Of a stretch of DNA of 64,000 nt, positions 23,801-36,769 are shown in pieces. Location of the stretch: NCBI RefSeq assembly GCF_963921235.1, contig NC_086101.1, positions 141,422,001-141,486,000 on the forward strand, in the 5' to 3' direction. The notes under the pieces were generated by a model that was not told the origin of the DNA, did no database searches, and worked only from the letters and a program-made list of their open reading frames with translations. Made by a program: the position numbers and the translations under genes. This DNA comes from Mobula hypostoma. Taxonomy: Eukaryota. Every line of letters starts with the position of its first letter. The first letter of the stretch is position 1.

Positions 23801-25411
23801 TGCAAATGTTTACTCCTTACACAGAAGGTACAAAACTTTGAGAACATGTACCCACCAGGCTCTAAGAGAGCTTCCATCCCAGTGTTATGAGTCTTGAATG
23901 GACCTCTTAAAAGAAAAAGTTGAACTCACAATCTATTTCATCATGGTCCTTGTGTGTTATTGTCTACCTGCACTGCATTTGCTCTGTAATTGTAACACTA
24001 TATTCGGCATTCTCTATTGCCTTCCCCTTGAACTATCTTGATGTTGTAATGTGAATGGCATGAGAAATAGACTTTCAGTGTAAGTCAGTGTAACAAAAAT
24101 AAAGCAATTACTCAGCTACAAGTACTTCCTTACCTGTTAAACTCTCTTGCACTGCCTGGAAGTGCAATATAAATGGAAGCACTTTTCTAATATTGTGGCT
24201 TCCTACTCTTGGAAACATGTTGGTTTCACTAGTGTTCCAGCTTCCCTAAATTGACTTGTTTTTTAAAAGAAAGAGGCAGAAAATAAAAGTTGTTTAGACA
24301 GAAACAGTGGGAGTTAAGAAGCTGGACTCAGGCAAGGCAGGTGTGAGAGGAACTTGTACAGGTAATCCACCACAGCATTGCAACACCAGCTGCATGCAGC
24401 ACACCTGGTACCAGGGAGAACCTGCTCACAAAGGCACATGAACGACTCGAGGAATATCCTGATCAAAATCACAATCAGCAGATGTGCACATCAAGATCGG
24501 AGAGATGAGAACCCAGTGACTGATGAATGTATCGAACTGCCGAGTGGATGCCTGGAATGCCCTGGCAGAGGTGATGGTGGAAGCAGACACAATAGTGATG
24601 TCTAACAGCCATTTAGACAGTCATACAGGAACTGGAGGGATAGATCACATGCTGGCAGATAGATTTAGTTTAATTTGATATCACATTTGGGATAGACGTC
24701 ATCGACCAAAGGGACTATTCCTAGGTTCAATGCTTCATTGGAACACTATTGGCCAAAGTCTGAAACTGAGCCACAAGCACTTGGATATACCAACAGGTTT
24801 CATGATGCATCTAAGAGCGATGCAAAGAAGCAGACATATTTAGGGAGGGAATTCCAGAGCTTAGAAGTTGGGTCGCTCATGACCTGGATGTCAAATTAGA
24901 ATAAATTAAATTTAGGGATGATGAGAGCCCAGTACTGTGATAACAAAGATCTTGAGCAAAATTCATAATTTTGCTTGGCCTTAGTGAAGTTATTGAATTC
25001 TGTAACAATCCTAATGGCTACTGTCACAGGAGTAAATTGTCACAATCATCTCCCCCTCCTTTCCCACAGAAGAACATCGAGGATTACCTTGTATCAAAGT
25101 GATGCTAAAGATCCCATCGACGTGGCTTCGAGTATGTTTAATCAAAATTGCTGCTGCAATCATAGATATTGTTGAGATAATTACACACACCTGTGCATGC
25201 AGAAACACACACAGTATTCTGTAAGACAATCAAAATAAGCCCTAAACACAAATCTCTCTAAAACATTCTTGCTGAAAGAATTGAACAGGTGCATGTACTT
25301 TTTACATTTTAAGCTCTGGTGTGATTATTAACAAATGCACTTTGAGGTTTACAACCTGCTATCCAAACCATAAATGGTAGATGCAAATCCATTTGCAATT
25401 TTCAAGGAAGA

Positions 25412-25436
25412 GATATATATATATATATATATATAT
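25412..25436. repeat. (TA)n microsatellite
   Basis: Read directly from the sequence. Confidence 0.95.
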
Positions 25437-26729
25437 TCTACACATATAAATCATTTCTTCCCCAACAATAATAAATGCTGAATACACATCATGTTTATTT
25501 TGTCATGGAGAGCACTTTCTCTGTAAGCCAATTTAATCAACGAATATTCCAAGCAACAAATCAAAAATATTTTACATATCTTTACCAGACTTGAGTCTGT
25601 AAACACGCATCTTCCTCCTATGCCTATTAATTTGGAGTTATCTGAGGGCATTGTTACCTTGCTCTTTTTCTTTAAACTCACATTACTAAATGAGCAGGAT
25701 AACATGTGCTCCAAATACAACTCTGTTTGTAATTTCTACTCAAACAATTTCAGCAGAATACTTGGAAATTTGCTTACCCAGTCTGGAAAGGTTTCTAGAT
25801 TGTAAAGGGAGCAGAGTGATCCAGTTACAACTTTTACTTTGCTAAGAACTGGTATCGTTTAAATACTACACTTATATTAAATCATGCAACTGGGAAATCA
25901 GTCTGCTTTCTTTTTAAGACTGTTCTGAGATCATTCTTATGCATTATTACTAATCACATGGCAATGCCACCAACTTAGCAGTTCTTAAGTTCCTTTTATG
26001 GCATGGAACCAATAGCACAATGTTCCACAACTTTCAAAAAGTTCCTATGCTAGAAAATACTAAACACAAAAGTGAGAGTCAAGTTAGTAATAATGACCGT
26101 AATGTCTTTGTTAATTTTTATTCTTTAGCTAACATCACTCAAGAAATAGGACATTTTATTTAATACTTGTGGGAGCTTTGTGTATACAAGTAAGCTACTG
26201 CATTTTTCTATGTAACAATAATGGTCACATTTCAGAATTAATATATTGGTTGCAAATCTCTTTGGCTCATCCTGAGATTAAAACAGTTTAAACAATTTTT
26301 TTTTAATTTTAAGAACTACTTAATAAGGTTATTCGTTCCACAACGAAGGGACTTTGAAAAACACAAGGAGGATAACATTCTGATTTTTAGAGTTTATGTT
26401 CTTCCTTTAGAAACATGACATTCTAGATTTAAAGACCAGACTTTTAGCGCCAATGGGAAACATCTCGTCATCCCCTGCTTCACTCCTTCATACATCAAAA
26501 CTCCAACCAAACTAAACAATAGTATTCAAACTCAGAAAAAAAGAAACAACAAATGCTGGGATCTAGAAAAACACAATGCAGGAAGAACTCAGTGGGTCAA
26601 TCAGCATCTGTGGAGACAAATGGTGCAAGTCAACTCTTCAGGTTGATACTCTACATCAGGACCCCAGGACTGCATCAGATCCTAATGCATGGTCTTAACT
26701 CAAATGGTCAGCTTTTTGCCTCATCTAAG

Positions 26730-27210
26730 AAAGGATGTGCTGGCATTGGGGAGGAGTGGATGTTCCTGAAAATGATCCCGGGAAGGAAAGGGTTAACATA
26801 TGAGGAGCGTTTGATGGTTCCCAGCCCGTACTCACTGAGGTTTAGAAGAATGAGCAGGGATCTCATTGAAATCTATCAAATATTGAAAGCCTAGATTGAA
26901 TGGATGTTCCCTATAGTGGGGGAGTCCAGGACCAGAAAGCACATCCTCAGGAAAGAGGGACATCCATTTAGAACAAAGGTGAGAAGATATTTCTACAGCC
27001 AGAGGGTAGTGAATCTGTGCAATTCATTGCCACAGACGGCTGTGGAGTCCAAGTCATTTAGTATATTTAAAGTGAAGTTTGATAGTTTCTTGATTCTCAA
27101 AGACATCAAACGTTAGTGGGAGAAGGCAGGAGAATGGGGCTGAGGGGGACAGTAAATCAGCCATGATGGAATGGCCAAATTCTGCTCCTATATGATTTTA
27201 TTGTCCATGA
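26730..27210 (+). mobile_element. CR1 LINE 3' fragment
   Basis: MIPGRKGLTYEERL...DLIEIYQILK and FYSQRVVNLCNSLPQ. Confidence 0.85.
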
Positions 27211-27339
27211 ATGCTAATTTAAATGCTGAGTTCGTGTTCAAACTCATTCTGACTCAGAGCATAACATCACATTTGGAACAGGCTCCCAACATTCTCCATC
27301 CTAAAACATTTATTCGTATTAGCTATAGAACTTACGGCC

Positions 27340-27685
27340 ACAATTGACCCTCTTGACTAGAAGGTTCTGGGTTCAGGTCATACTCCAGAGATTCCAACAA
27401 AATTCCTGGCAGACATCCAGATGAGCTGCTCAGCCAGATCTGCTTTCTCAGGTGAAGGGACAAATTCATATTGTAATATTTGTTAATGAGCAGGAGAACT
27501 GCCTTCTACCCTTGGCAATGCTGATCACTCAATCAAAAATAAAGACTGCATTGCTGTTTTATGGGAACTCCACGCTCACAAATGATCTGATATGTATCTT
27601 ACAAGAGTAGTTTACTTCTAAACTACTTAACTAGTTGGAAATTGCTTTGGGATGAAAGGTGCTATTAAAATGTGAGTCTTTCCTT
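27340..27685 (+). mobile_element. Highly degenerate Deu-domain SINE
   Basis: tRNA-like head AGAAGGTTCTGGGTTCAGGTC, Deu-like middle, and tail GCTTTGGGATGAAAGGTGCTATTAAAATGTGAGTCTTT. Confidence 0.5.
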
Positions 27686-29707
27686 AGTGAAAGGCTTTGC
27701 TCTGTAGCGCAGAGGCTCGAAGGAAATTCCTGAGGCCAAGATCAAACATCAACAGCTGATCAATGTGCAGTACATCCCACCGGCATTTTGTGTCAAGTCT
27801 GAGAACAGACAGTCTCTGCAGGAGTTTGGCAAAACTTCCTTCGCTCTGTTTATGGTTTACTGAATTAGACCTCTATTCTAACTTTGGGTATGGGACATCT
27901 CTATATTAGCAGAAGTCTATTTATTTGTGTGTGTTTCTCCTTCCACAGATATTACCTGATCAACTGAGTGCTGGCAACATTTTCCATATTTACTTCAGAT
28001 TTCAGACATCTGCAGTTTTTTGTTTATTTTGCCCTCTGAAAGTGTTGGGATCTTCATGAGCAAAGCACTCTCATTTTTGAATATTCCAGTACTGGGGATA
28101 AGCTACAAGTTTCAATAAAGATGAATTATTGAGGTGACCCAGGTTGAGTTGTTGACCCAGACAGACATATCCTGCTCAATTGACTTGTTGCTGGGCACAA
28201 ATCCCTGAATGTTTGGGAAACCAGTGAGACATCCGCATTAACACTCCTGCAAGATGTGCTTTTTTTTTAAAAAAAGAAATAATATCATAAGAATAAAACT
28301 AGAAACAGGAGATGACCAAACAGTCCTCTGTTGTGCAATTTAATATAACAGGATTATTCCTCTGCTGCACTTTAATCATCCAATCATTTTACCTACTAAT
28401 TCAGCTAGTGTTAAAAGAAATTATGTATTACATAAACTTAAAAATTAAGAAACCATGTCCCCCAGAGGTTGAGGATTTCAGAATTCTATACCCCAGAGGG
28501 ATGTGAAGTTAGATTATTTGGGTTATTTAACAGGAAACATACAGAACATTTTTTTTAAAGCGTAAGATTAATAAATTGAAGACTCTTAAGTTATTGGCCC
28601 ATAAAAGGAGATGGGGCTTGGAGCAGGTCAGCCTTGATCATACTAAAAGTGGTGGGGCAGACTTGAGGGGCCAGATGGCCTACTCCTGCTCGTATTTTCT
28701 GGTCATCCAAGTACAGTGCAAACCAGAACAAAGGGACCATAACGATGCACTGTGAAGGGGGATCACATGCTCTCCACCAGGAAATAACACTGATTGTGGC
28801 AACTGGTGTTTATCAAGTCACAAGTGCACGCATAAAGTCCAAGGCACAAGAGTTGCTTCCTGAAATAAACCCAATTTTAAACAATGCAAAAAAAAAAGCC
28901 ACAACATTTACAAGTATATCATGACCAGCAAGAACAACATTAAAACTAGACACAAATCAACTGAAAATACAAAATACTGAGTCAGAGTGGGTGGGGCTTT
29001 AAGAGAGGCAAGAGGTAGCAACCCCATGGGACAAGTTCCAGTAGGTACTTTTCCCCAGGATGATACATAGCTGAGAACAGGTGGAATAATTCATCGCAGA
29101 GGGTTGACAATGGTATGTAGCCATCTAGTATGTTTGGGGTCAAGACTGATAAGATCTTTGGATGCTCAGAGCTTTACGGAAAATGCTTTTGAGCCTAGGA
29201 AGTGGAGTTAGGAGAAAGGGCCAGCCATGATCATAAAAGGAAGACAGAGCAAGCTCACCTACTCTTTGTTTTTTTTTCTGCTCTTACAGTTATATCCCAT
29301 AGTGGGCAGTGGTGAGTCAATTTCAACTTTAATTCTACAGGACAACCATCCTCAGGCAGTCCTATTGAACATTTTTGTGAGATTGTGTTCCTCTTCTCCT
29401 GATTTCTTTGTCCCTCCTGTACTTCAAATGGATGCTCAGTCCTGTTTTAAGAGCTCTGGTTTCCCAAGGACTCTTGGTGCACAAGTCTTGACCATCTGGC
29501 TATGCTAGGCATCATTTTTCCCCCTTATTCACATGGATGGGCAGATTTTAAGCAGAGGCATAGACTCTAGGTTACACCAAGGGTCTGGAATCCCGTCTAC
29601 CTAGGGATGCCACCATGCTTATTCCGATTCCCACCAAGACAGCTACCTTCCATGCTAAAAGCCCAGAAACTGAACTTAAAAATGAATAGGCTTTTTAAAA
29701 GAAACCA

Positions 29708-29713
29708 TTTATT
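29708..29713 (-). terminator. Distal AATAAA polyadenylation signal of ANP32B (candidate)
   Basis: TTTATT on + about 475 nt past the stop codon, followed on - by a T-rich tract. Confidence 0.55.
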
Positions 29714-29808
29714 AACTTTCCAAAAACTGTTAGTTTAGAAACATCTTGCATTTGTAAATAACACCCAAAATGGTATTGCAATGTAGAACAAATCCAAAAT
29801 TTTAAGAT

Positions 29809-29814
29809 TTTATT
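29809..29814 (-). terminator. Proximal AATAAA polyadenylation signal of ANP32B (candidate)
   Basis: Minus strand reads TTTGTAAATAAAATCTT, about 375 nt past the stop codon. Confidence 0.55.
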
Positions 29815-30186
29815 TACAAAGCTTTTGACTTACATAAAGATCAATGCTATAACCTCTCTGTAACAGGCAGCCATTTTACAAACATGACTATCCAAATCAC
29901 TTCATCTGTTCTTGTTGCTATGGTAATAGTCTTAGCAGGAAACCTAAGAAACCCCAACATCATAAAAGCACTGGACCAAATTCTACCCAGTTTTACTACT
30001 CCATGGAATATCGATTAACTGCATTATAAATACATGGAATGTCAAGACAGTGACAACTGCTGGCTCAGTGATATTCAGTGCTGTGACGATACCCAGCAAT
30101 TGCCAATCTGGGGTAGGGCTCAAGAGGGGCAGGAAGGGCAGTAGAGCCCATTGAGTACTAAATAGTCTTTCAGGTCACTTGGATTC

Positions 30187-30260
30187 CTAATCATCATCTT
30201 CTTCCCCTTCATCGTCTGTGTCTCGTTTTCTTTTCTGCCCTTTTGCACATTCATCTTCAT
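30187..30260 (-). CDS. ANP32B: ANP32B last coding exon ((D)EDECAKGQKRKRDTDDEGEEDDD*) with KRKR nuclear localisation signal
   Basis: TTTTACAG acceptor, phase 1, TAG stop. Matches recalled human KGEKRKRETDDEGEDD. Confidence 0.95.
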
Positions 30261-30505
30261 CTGTAAAATGACAGCAAATTATTTCAGCCATGAGTTTTAG
30301 GTCAATGTATTTTACTGAATACCTGCATAGCATTTTAACTGTATATTCTGTATTCTGATATTGCTTTCCCCTTGTTGGAACTTAGTGTACTGGTGCGATG
30401 AACTGATCTGTATGGATGGCATGCAAAACAGTTGTTCACTGTACCTCAGTGCATGTGACAATAATAAACCTATTTATCATTTGTCACAACATATCTCACA
30501 ATATG

Positions 30506-30730
30506 GGGTGGCACGGTAGTGTAGTTGGGTTGCACAACACTTTACAGTACCAGCGACTCGGGTTCAATTCCCACCGCTCCCTGTAAGAAGTTTGTATGTT
30601 CTCCCCGTGACTGCTCGAGTTTCCTCCCACATTCCAAAGACATTCCGGCTCAGAGTTTAGTTGAGCACTGTAAATTGTCCTGCGTTGGGCTAGGATTAAA
30701 ATCGGCGGTTGCTGGGCAGTACCAATTGAA
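30506..30730 (+). mobile_element. V/HE1-type SINE
   Basis: GGGGTGGCACGGTAGTGTAG...GGGTTCAATTCC head plus V core. Confidence 0.8.
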
Positions 30731-30939
30731 GGGGAGGGAGGGAGGGAGGGAGACAGGGATGGATGAATATCTCAGCTTGCTGCTTCAAACAGCTATCTGT
30801 TGAAATGTGACTTAGCTACTTTCACAAAGCAAATGTTAGCCCTCAACTAGGTTATCATCACAGCACAGATCCTGGAATGGTGTCAGGGTCAAGACTTGGG
30901 GTAAAAGTTAAAATAAACTGAATGGTATCAGGGTTGAAA

Positions 30940-31640
30940 GGCTCAAGGGCAGCACATTGGTATGATCAGGAGGACTGCTGCCTCATTGAACGTATTCTGC
31001 CTACAGGTCCGTGAGCAGTGGTGCTCCACAGGTATCTGTTCTGGGTCTCCTACTCTTTATTATTTTATAAGATGACTTAGAAAATGGAAGGGTGAGTTAG
31101 AAAGTTTATGGATGACAAAGGCTGGTGGTACTGTACGTAGTGCAGAAAGTTGTCGTAGGCTGCAATAGGACATTGACAGGATGCAGGGCTGCATTGAGAA
31201 GTATCAAACGGTGTTCAATCTGGAAAAGTGTGAAGTGATACAGGCACTCTCTGGAAGGTCAAACTTGATGACAGAGCACAAAGTTTATGGAAGGATTCTT
31301 AACAGTGGGAAGGAACAGAGGGATATTGGGGTTCATGCCCATAGATCCTTCAGAGCTGCCGTACAAGTTGACAGAATAGTTAAGAAGGTCTTCGTTAGTC
31401 AGGGATTGAGTTCAAAAGCCATGAGGTAATGTTGCAGCTCCATAAAACCATGGTTAGTCCACACTTAGAATATTGTTTTCAGTTCTGGTTGCCTCATTAT
31501 AGGACTGGGTGCTGAGGAGGTTCACTGGGATGCTGCATGGATTAGAGAGCATGGTTTATGAGGAAATGATGAGCGAGCTAGGGCTTTGCTCTTTGGAGTG
31601 AAGGAGGATGAGAAGTTTCTTGGTAAGATGATAAGAGGCA
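30940..31640 (+). mobile_element. Degenerate CR1 RT fragment
   Basis: FNLEKCEVI, EQRDIGVH and a PHLEYCFQFW-like sequence. Confidence 0.8.
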
Positions 31641-31965
31641 TAGATTCTTGAATCTGAGGCTAAAACTGATAGAACTTTGAATTCAAATGCAAGTATTAGT
31701 TAGAAAGTGAACAAGGACGAAAATTACCCAAGAAGGGTGGAGTTGGCACAAGGAGACGTGATTGGATTTGGGAACCAGGTACAACATTAACATTCAGAGA
31801 GCTGGGGAATAACTGAGGAGAAGTCTGCAGGGTTACAATGGAAAAGAAAAGCAGGTGTGTTTGGACTAAGTGGAGAAATTCAACAAGAACTGACATAGTG
31901 GGGTGAATGACTTCCTTTTTGTTGTATATGGTCTACAGGTGAAGAAAAAGAAGTGTGGTCAATAC

Positions 31966-32032
31966 CTTCATCCTCATCCTCCTCCTCTTCATCCTCCTCT
32001 TCATCAATTTCTCCATCTTGTCCATATCCCTC
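31966..32032 (-). CDS. ANP32B: ANP32B exon 6 (EGYGQDGEIDEEEDEEEEDEDE)
   Basis: TTTTGCAG acceptor, GTATTG donor, 67 nt, phase 0-1. Acidic and in frame with exons 5 and 7. Confidence 0.9.
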
Positions 32033-32524
32033 CTGCAAAACACACAGCAGTATTTCAATTACAAAGCGTCTCAGCTGGGCCTACAACGAGTAACCTTATG
32101 GGTCCCACCTTCAACCCTATCCAGTCCCTTCCTACTCCTTTGAACATGATACCCCCTGGACTTGGTTACTAAGAACAGGGAAGTCCTTCACTCTGCCTTG
32201 GTTCGTATCTTCTATAAAATTAGCATCAAAAGAGGTCATTGCCACATTGCTATATGCGAGACCACGCTGTGCATATATTAGTTTCCAAGCTGCAAAGTCC
32301 TTTACTGTCCAGAGTGCACGGGAACGCAAGAAATTTAACTCTCTCTCCTTTAAGGCTCTGGAAGCAGCAATAAGCACCAAATAATAATACAGCTTTGTTG
32401 TCTGGCAGTTCCTGAGCATTGTTTCAAACGTGCAAGGATGCTCAGCAATTAAATAAATCATCTCAGAGTAAAAAAAAACATACTGGCTCGCTGTGGATCA
32501 ATTTCAAGATCTGGTTACCCAAAA

Positions 32525-33515
32525 ACTACTCATGTTTGCTGATGACACCATTGTCGTAGGCTGAATCACAGATGGTGATGAATCAGCATATAGGAGGAGA
32601 CTGAAAATTTTGCTGAGTGATGCATAACAACAGCTTCTTACTCAATGTCAGCAAGACCAAGGAGCTGATTATTGACTTCAGGAGGAAACCATAGGTCCAT
32701 GAGCAAGTCCTTATTGGACGATCAGAGGTGGAGAGGGTCAGTAACTTTAAATTACTTGGTGTTATTATTTTGGAAAAGCTGTTCTAGGCCCAGCAAGTAA
32801 GTGCAATTACGATAAAGAATAGCAGTGCCTCTACTTTCTCAGGAGTTTCTGAATATTCAGTACGAGATCTAAAACTTCAGTAGGTGTGTAGTGGAGAGGA
32901 TATTGACTGGTTGCATCACAACCTGGTATGGAAACACCAATGCCTTGAACAGAAAATCCTACAATAAGCAATGGATATAGCCTAGTCCATCACGGGTAAA
33001 GCCCTCCCCACCATTGCGTACATCTGCATGAAATACAGTCACAGGAAAGCAGCATCCATCGTCGGAGACCCTCACCACCCAGGTTATGTGGTTATGTTCT
33101 CTTCTCTCCGCTGCCATCAAGAAGGTGGTGCAGGAGCCTCGGGCCTCGCACTATCAGGGTCAAGAATAGTTATTGCCTCTCAACCATCAGGCTCTTGAAC
33201 TAAAGGGGACAACTTCACTCACTCCATCACTGAAATGTTCCCACAACCTATGGGCTCAGTTTCAAAGACTCTTCATTTCACGTTCCTGGTATTTATAGCT
33301 TATTTATTTATTTAATTTATTATTTCTTTCTTTTTGTATTTGTACAGTTTGTTGTCTTTTGCAAACTGGTTGAACTCCCAAGTTGGGCGGTCTTTCATTG
33401 ATTTTGTTATGGTTATTATTCTATGGATTTTTTGAGTATGCTCGTAGGGCAATTAATCTCAGGGCTGTATATGGTGACATACATGTACTTTGATAATAAA
33501 TTTATTTTGAACTTT
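32525..33515 (+). mobile_element. Degenerate Rex1/Babar-type LINE 3' part
   Basis: FADDTIVVG, LNVSKTKELIIDFR and [11 protein letters not shown] remnants. Tail GATAATAAATTTATTTTGAACTTTG. Confidence 0.8.
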
Positions 33516-35567
33516 GCAGTTGGTGTGGAAACAATACTGAAATGTACAGGCTTCCCTCTCTCCAAAATTACTGAAGGAATTTTCCCTTTGAGCAGCCAAG
33601 CTCAGTAAATAATGTTGATTGAAAACACACACTGCTCAGATACATCCATGAGGTGGCCCTGTAGAAATAGCAGACATTCCACTCTGGGCCAAGGAATGTT
33701 TCTCTGCCCTGATTTACCAATAATATGGAATTGGTTTGCAATGTCTGAGACAATAAGGCCCACTACACATGTACCACCTACTGGTTATGCCTCTCTATTT
33801 CTGGGCAGCCGCAGATATTTTCTTCAACCCTCTGTTGGAGGTCAGTATGCTGTCTGCTCCCCAATGCCCTACCGGATCAGAACATCAGCTGTGCAAAACA
33901 GTTCTCAAAACTCTTGGTGGAGGGCATGTGGGTGAATGTCTCTTCCTCCTACCATTGGAGACACAATAACCCCATCTCCTCCCACTTTGGGAAAGACAGC
34001 AGCACTCTTATCTAGAGTACAGAGTTATTAGTAACAAGCAACAGGCAGATGGCAAAGGAAATTCCATAGCTGGCTATTGATCCTCACCAATTTTCACAAA
34101 TGCACCATAGAAAGCACCCAATCTGAATGCACCACTGCTTACTATAGCAACTGCTCTGCCCAAGGCAGCAAGAAATTGCACAGTTGTGGACACAGGCCAG
34201 TCTGTCATGAAAACCAGCTGTCTCTCCATGGACCTTCTACTGGTTCATCCAACATAATCAAAGACACCCTCCACCCCAATCATTTCCTTTTCTTCCCACT
34301 TCCAGAGGGTAAAAGATTTTTAAAAATTGCTTGAAAACAAACACTTCCAGGTGCAAGGACAGCTTCCATCCCACCGTTGCAATTCACTTGAACGAACCTC
34401 TTCTATGATAAAGATGAATTCTCAATCGTTCAGTCTACTTTGTTGTGGCCTTGCACCTCGTCTATCTACACTGCATTTTCTTTGTAATTGCAACACTATA
34501 TTTTGCTTGTTATTGCTTTCCCCTGTACTACTGTGATTTACTAATAACTGATCTGTTTGGATGGTATGAAAAAACATTTTCACTGTATTTTAACACATGT
34601 GGCAATAATAAACCAGTTATCAAAGTAAGAGTTGCAGCCACAAACTTATTCAAATGGTAGGGGCAATTGGGAGGGATCAAGTGGTCTACTTCTGGCTTCT
34701 GCTCATGTTCAACTTTATTGCTCACTACTGATTAGGAAGACTACTCAAACTCAGGAGGCTTCATCCACTTTTCCTTCAGCTAGCAAATAGATAACAGACT
34801 TCCCCAAAGTCCATTCCCTCAGTCTGCACGTAGATCCTTAAAAAGATCTCCTTGGCAATTCCGTGATAGACAGCTTGTTTGCAGTACTCATGCAAAAGAA
34901 AAAGCATTCTTCCTGCAAAATATGATTATTTAGGTCCAGCAACATCGGATCACCCAAGAGCTCTTTTCCACTTCACTCCCATTGCTGTACTGTATGTTAA
35001 ATTAGTGGCATTTCCGACAGATGGAAGAGCACTGCTTGTATACGCCTTCAGGAGTTAGCTAAGAATGGTGAGATCTTCCAGCACTGCAATGATTGCAACA
35101 CTGTCAGTTTCAGCAGATAATTACACAGGAAAGCCCAGCACACTGCTGATGAACTTTGCCATATGAATACATGTTATCTTCACAAACAGCATTAGAGTTA
35201 CCCACAAAGCTGCTAAAAGAATAGTCTAGGCTGAGGAGTTTGGTCTTCTAAAACTTGGAAGTGCAAATGTTTACACTGATCTGTGGGATGTACTGGAAGT
35301 GGCACTTTGGAAAGATGCCTTCTCTGACCGTTTCTCTTTAACCACTAGCTGGTGTGCATTGGTTAAACTTCCAGTGACCAAAGTCATGGAAAGTGCAAAA
35401 GTTTCCTTTACTTCCAATAATTTTTGACAAGGTTTATTGGCTCGTTAAATGATAAAAACATTGAAAATACAATCAAACACTTGAGACTTTAAAAAAGCTA
35501 TGATAACATAGAAAATACTAAAAGCCAAGCATATAGGAATCTGAATTTCACACTGTTGAATCCTTAC

Positions 35568-35686
35568 CTCTTCCTCTGCACTGATTTCATCTTCGTCATC
35601 TTCCCCTTCTTCATCTTCATCCTCCTCATCATCAAGCTCTTCCTCTCCATCTTCCTCCTCATCGTCTTCCTCCTCTTCCTCACCTT
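35568..35686 (-). CDS. ANP32B: ANP32B exon 5 (acidic tail: (E)GEEEEEDDEEEDGEEELDDEEDEDEEGEDDEDEISAEEE)
   Basis: TTTACAG acceptor, GTAAGG donor, 119 nt, phase 1-0. Confidence 0.93.
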
Positions 35687-36769
35687 CTGTAAACGATAAT
35701 TTCAAAGCAAATTCCCTCAGGAATATTCCATGCAAACATTTATTTTGAACCTTGGGTCTTTCTAACCCATCCACAATAGGCAATGTATTCTTACTTCAAC
35801 TTCCCTGAAAGTAGATTATCCAAAACATCTCATAGGCATTTTAATCCCTCCATTTTCACACAATGCTCGCCACTAGTTAGATTTGGAGAACGGAGAGGTC
35901 ATCGAGAGAGGGAGAGGTACAGCATGGATTCAAGTCTTTTGGCCATCAAGTCGAAGCCAATCATCATCTATCCATGTTACTTGGAGCAGCAAAGATTAAA
36001 CAGAAAGTACAACAGAGTTGTTTAAATTATGAAGCCCAACACAATCCAACACAAAGTATCCCATGTGAATTGGTGGAGTTTACTGATAGTCTAATTTCTG
36101 GGTGAAACTGTCAGGAAACAAAGAGCAGATCCTGCAAAAGAACGAAAGGGAATATTAAGAGAATTTTTTGTTAATAAAGAACCTTGTGATTTGGAACGCA
36201 CTGTCTAAAAGGGCAACTGGTGCTAATTCGCTAAGATCTTTACCAAAGGGAGTTAGATTTTTTGAATTTGGAAAAAGAAGTGTTACAGGGAAAGGACAGG
36301 TGACATGGGACTAATTGAAAGCATTTTCAAAGAGGCAGCACAAGTACTGTGGGCTGAATAGCCTTACTATGTAATACTATTAAATAATCTTTTGGAAGTT
36401 TATTTCTGCATTAGATTTTCCCATCACAGTGTGGCTGCAGGATTTCCTCCCAGAAGAACAGCACCTCATAATGCACCTGGTAGTCTACGACCTAACAGCA
36501 TGAACACTGAACTCTCCAATTTCAGTCCCACTGCTCTTTTTCTCTCTACTCCCAATTTACCCAGTAGGAACTGACCTACCGCAACGTGCCATTACTCTGT
36601 TTCTTTTCCCTCCTTCACCCATTTCATCTGCCCATTACATACATACCACTCCCTTAATCAGTTCCATGCTCCACCTTCCTTTCCCATCACCCCAGCTAAA
36701 ATCTGTCAGCTTCTGTCAATACTTCCACTCTTGTCTCCTCCAACTGCCTATCACTCCGCGTGGCCTCGG

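Noticed and set aside
25088-25153. HVDGIFS resembles the start of GHRH/PACAP-family peptides
   Set aside because: Similarity is limited to about 7 residues, with no following SYRK/YSRY-type sequence or basic processing site.
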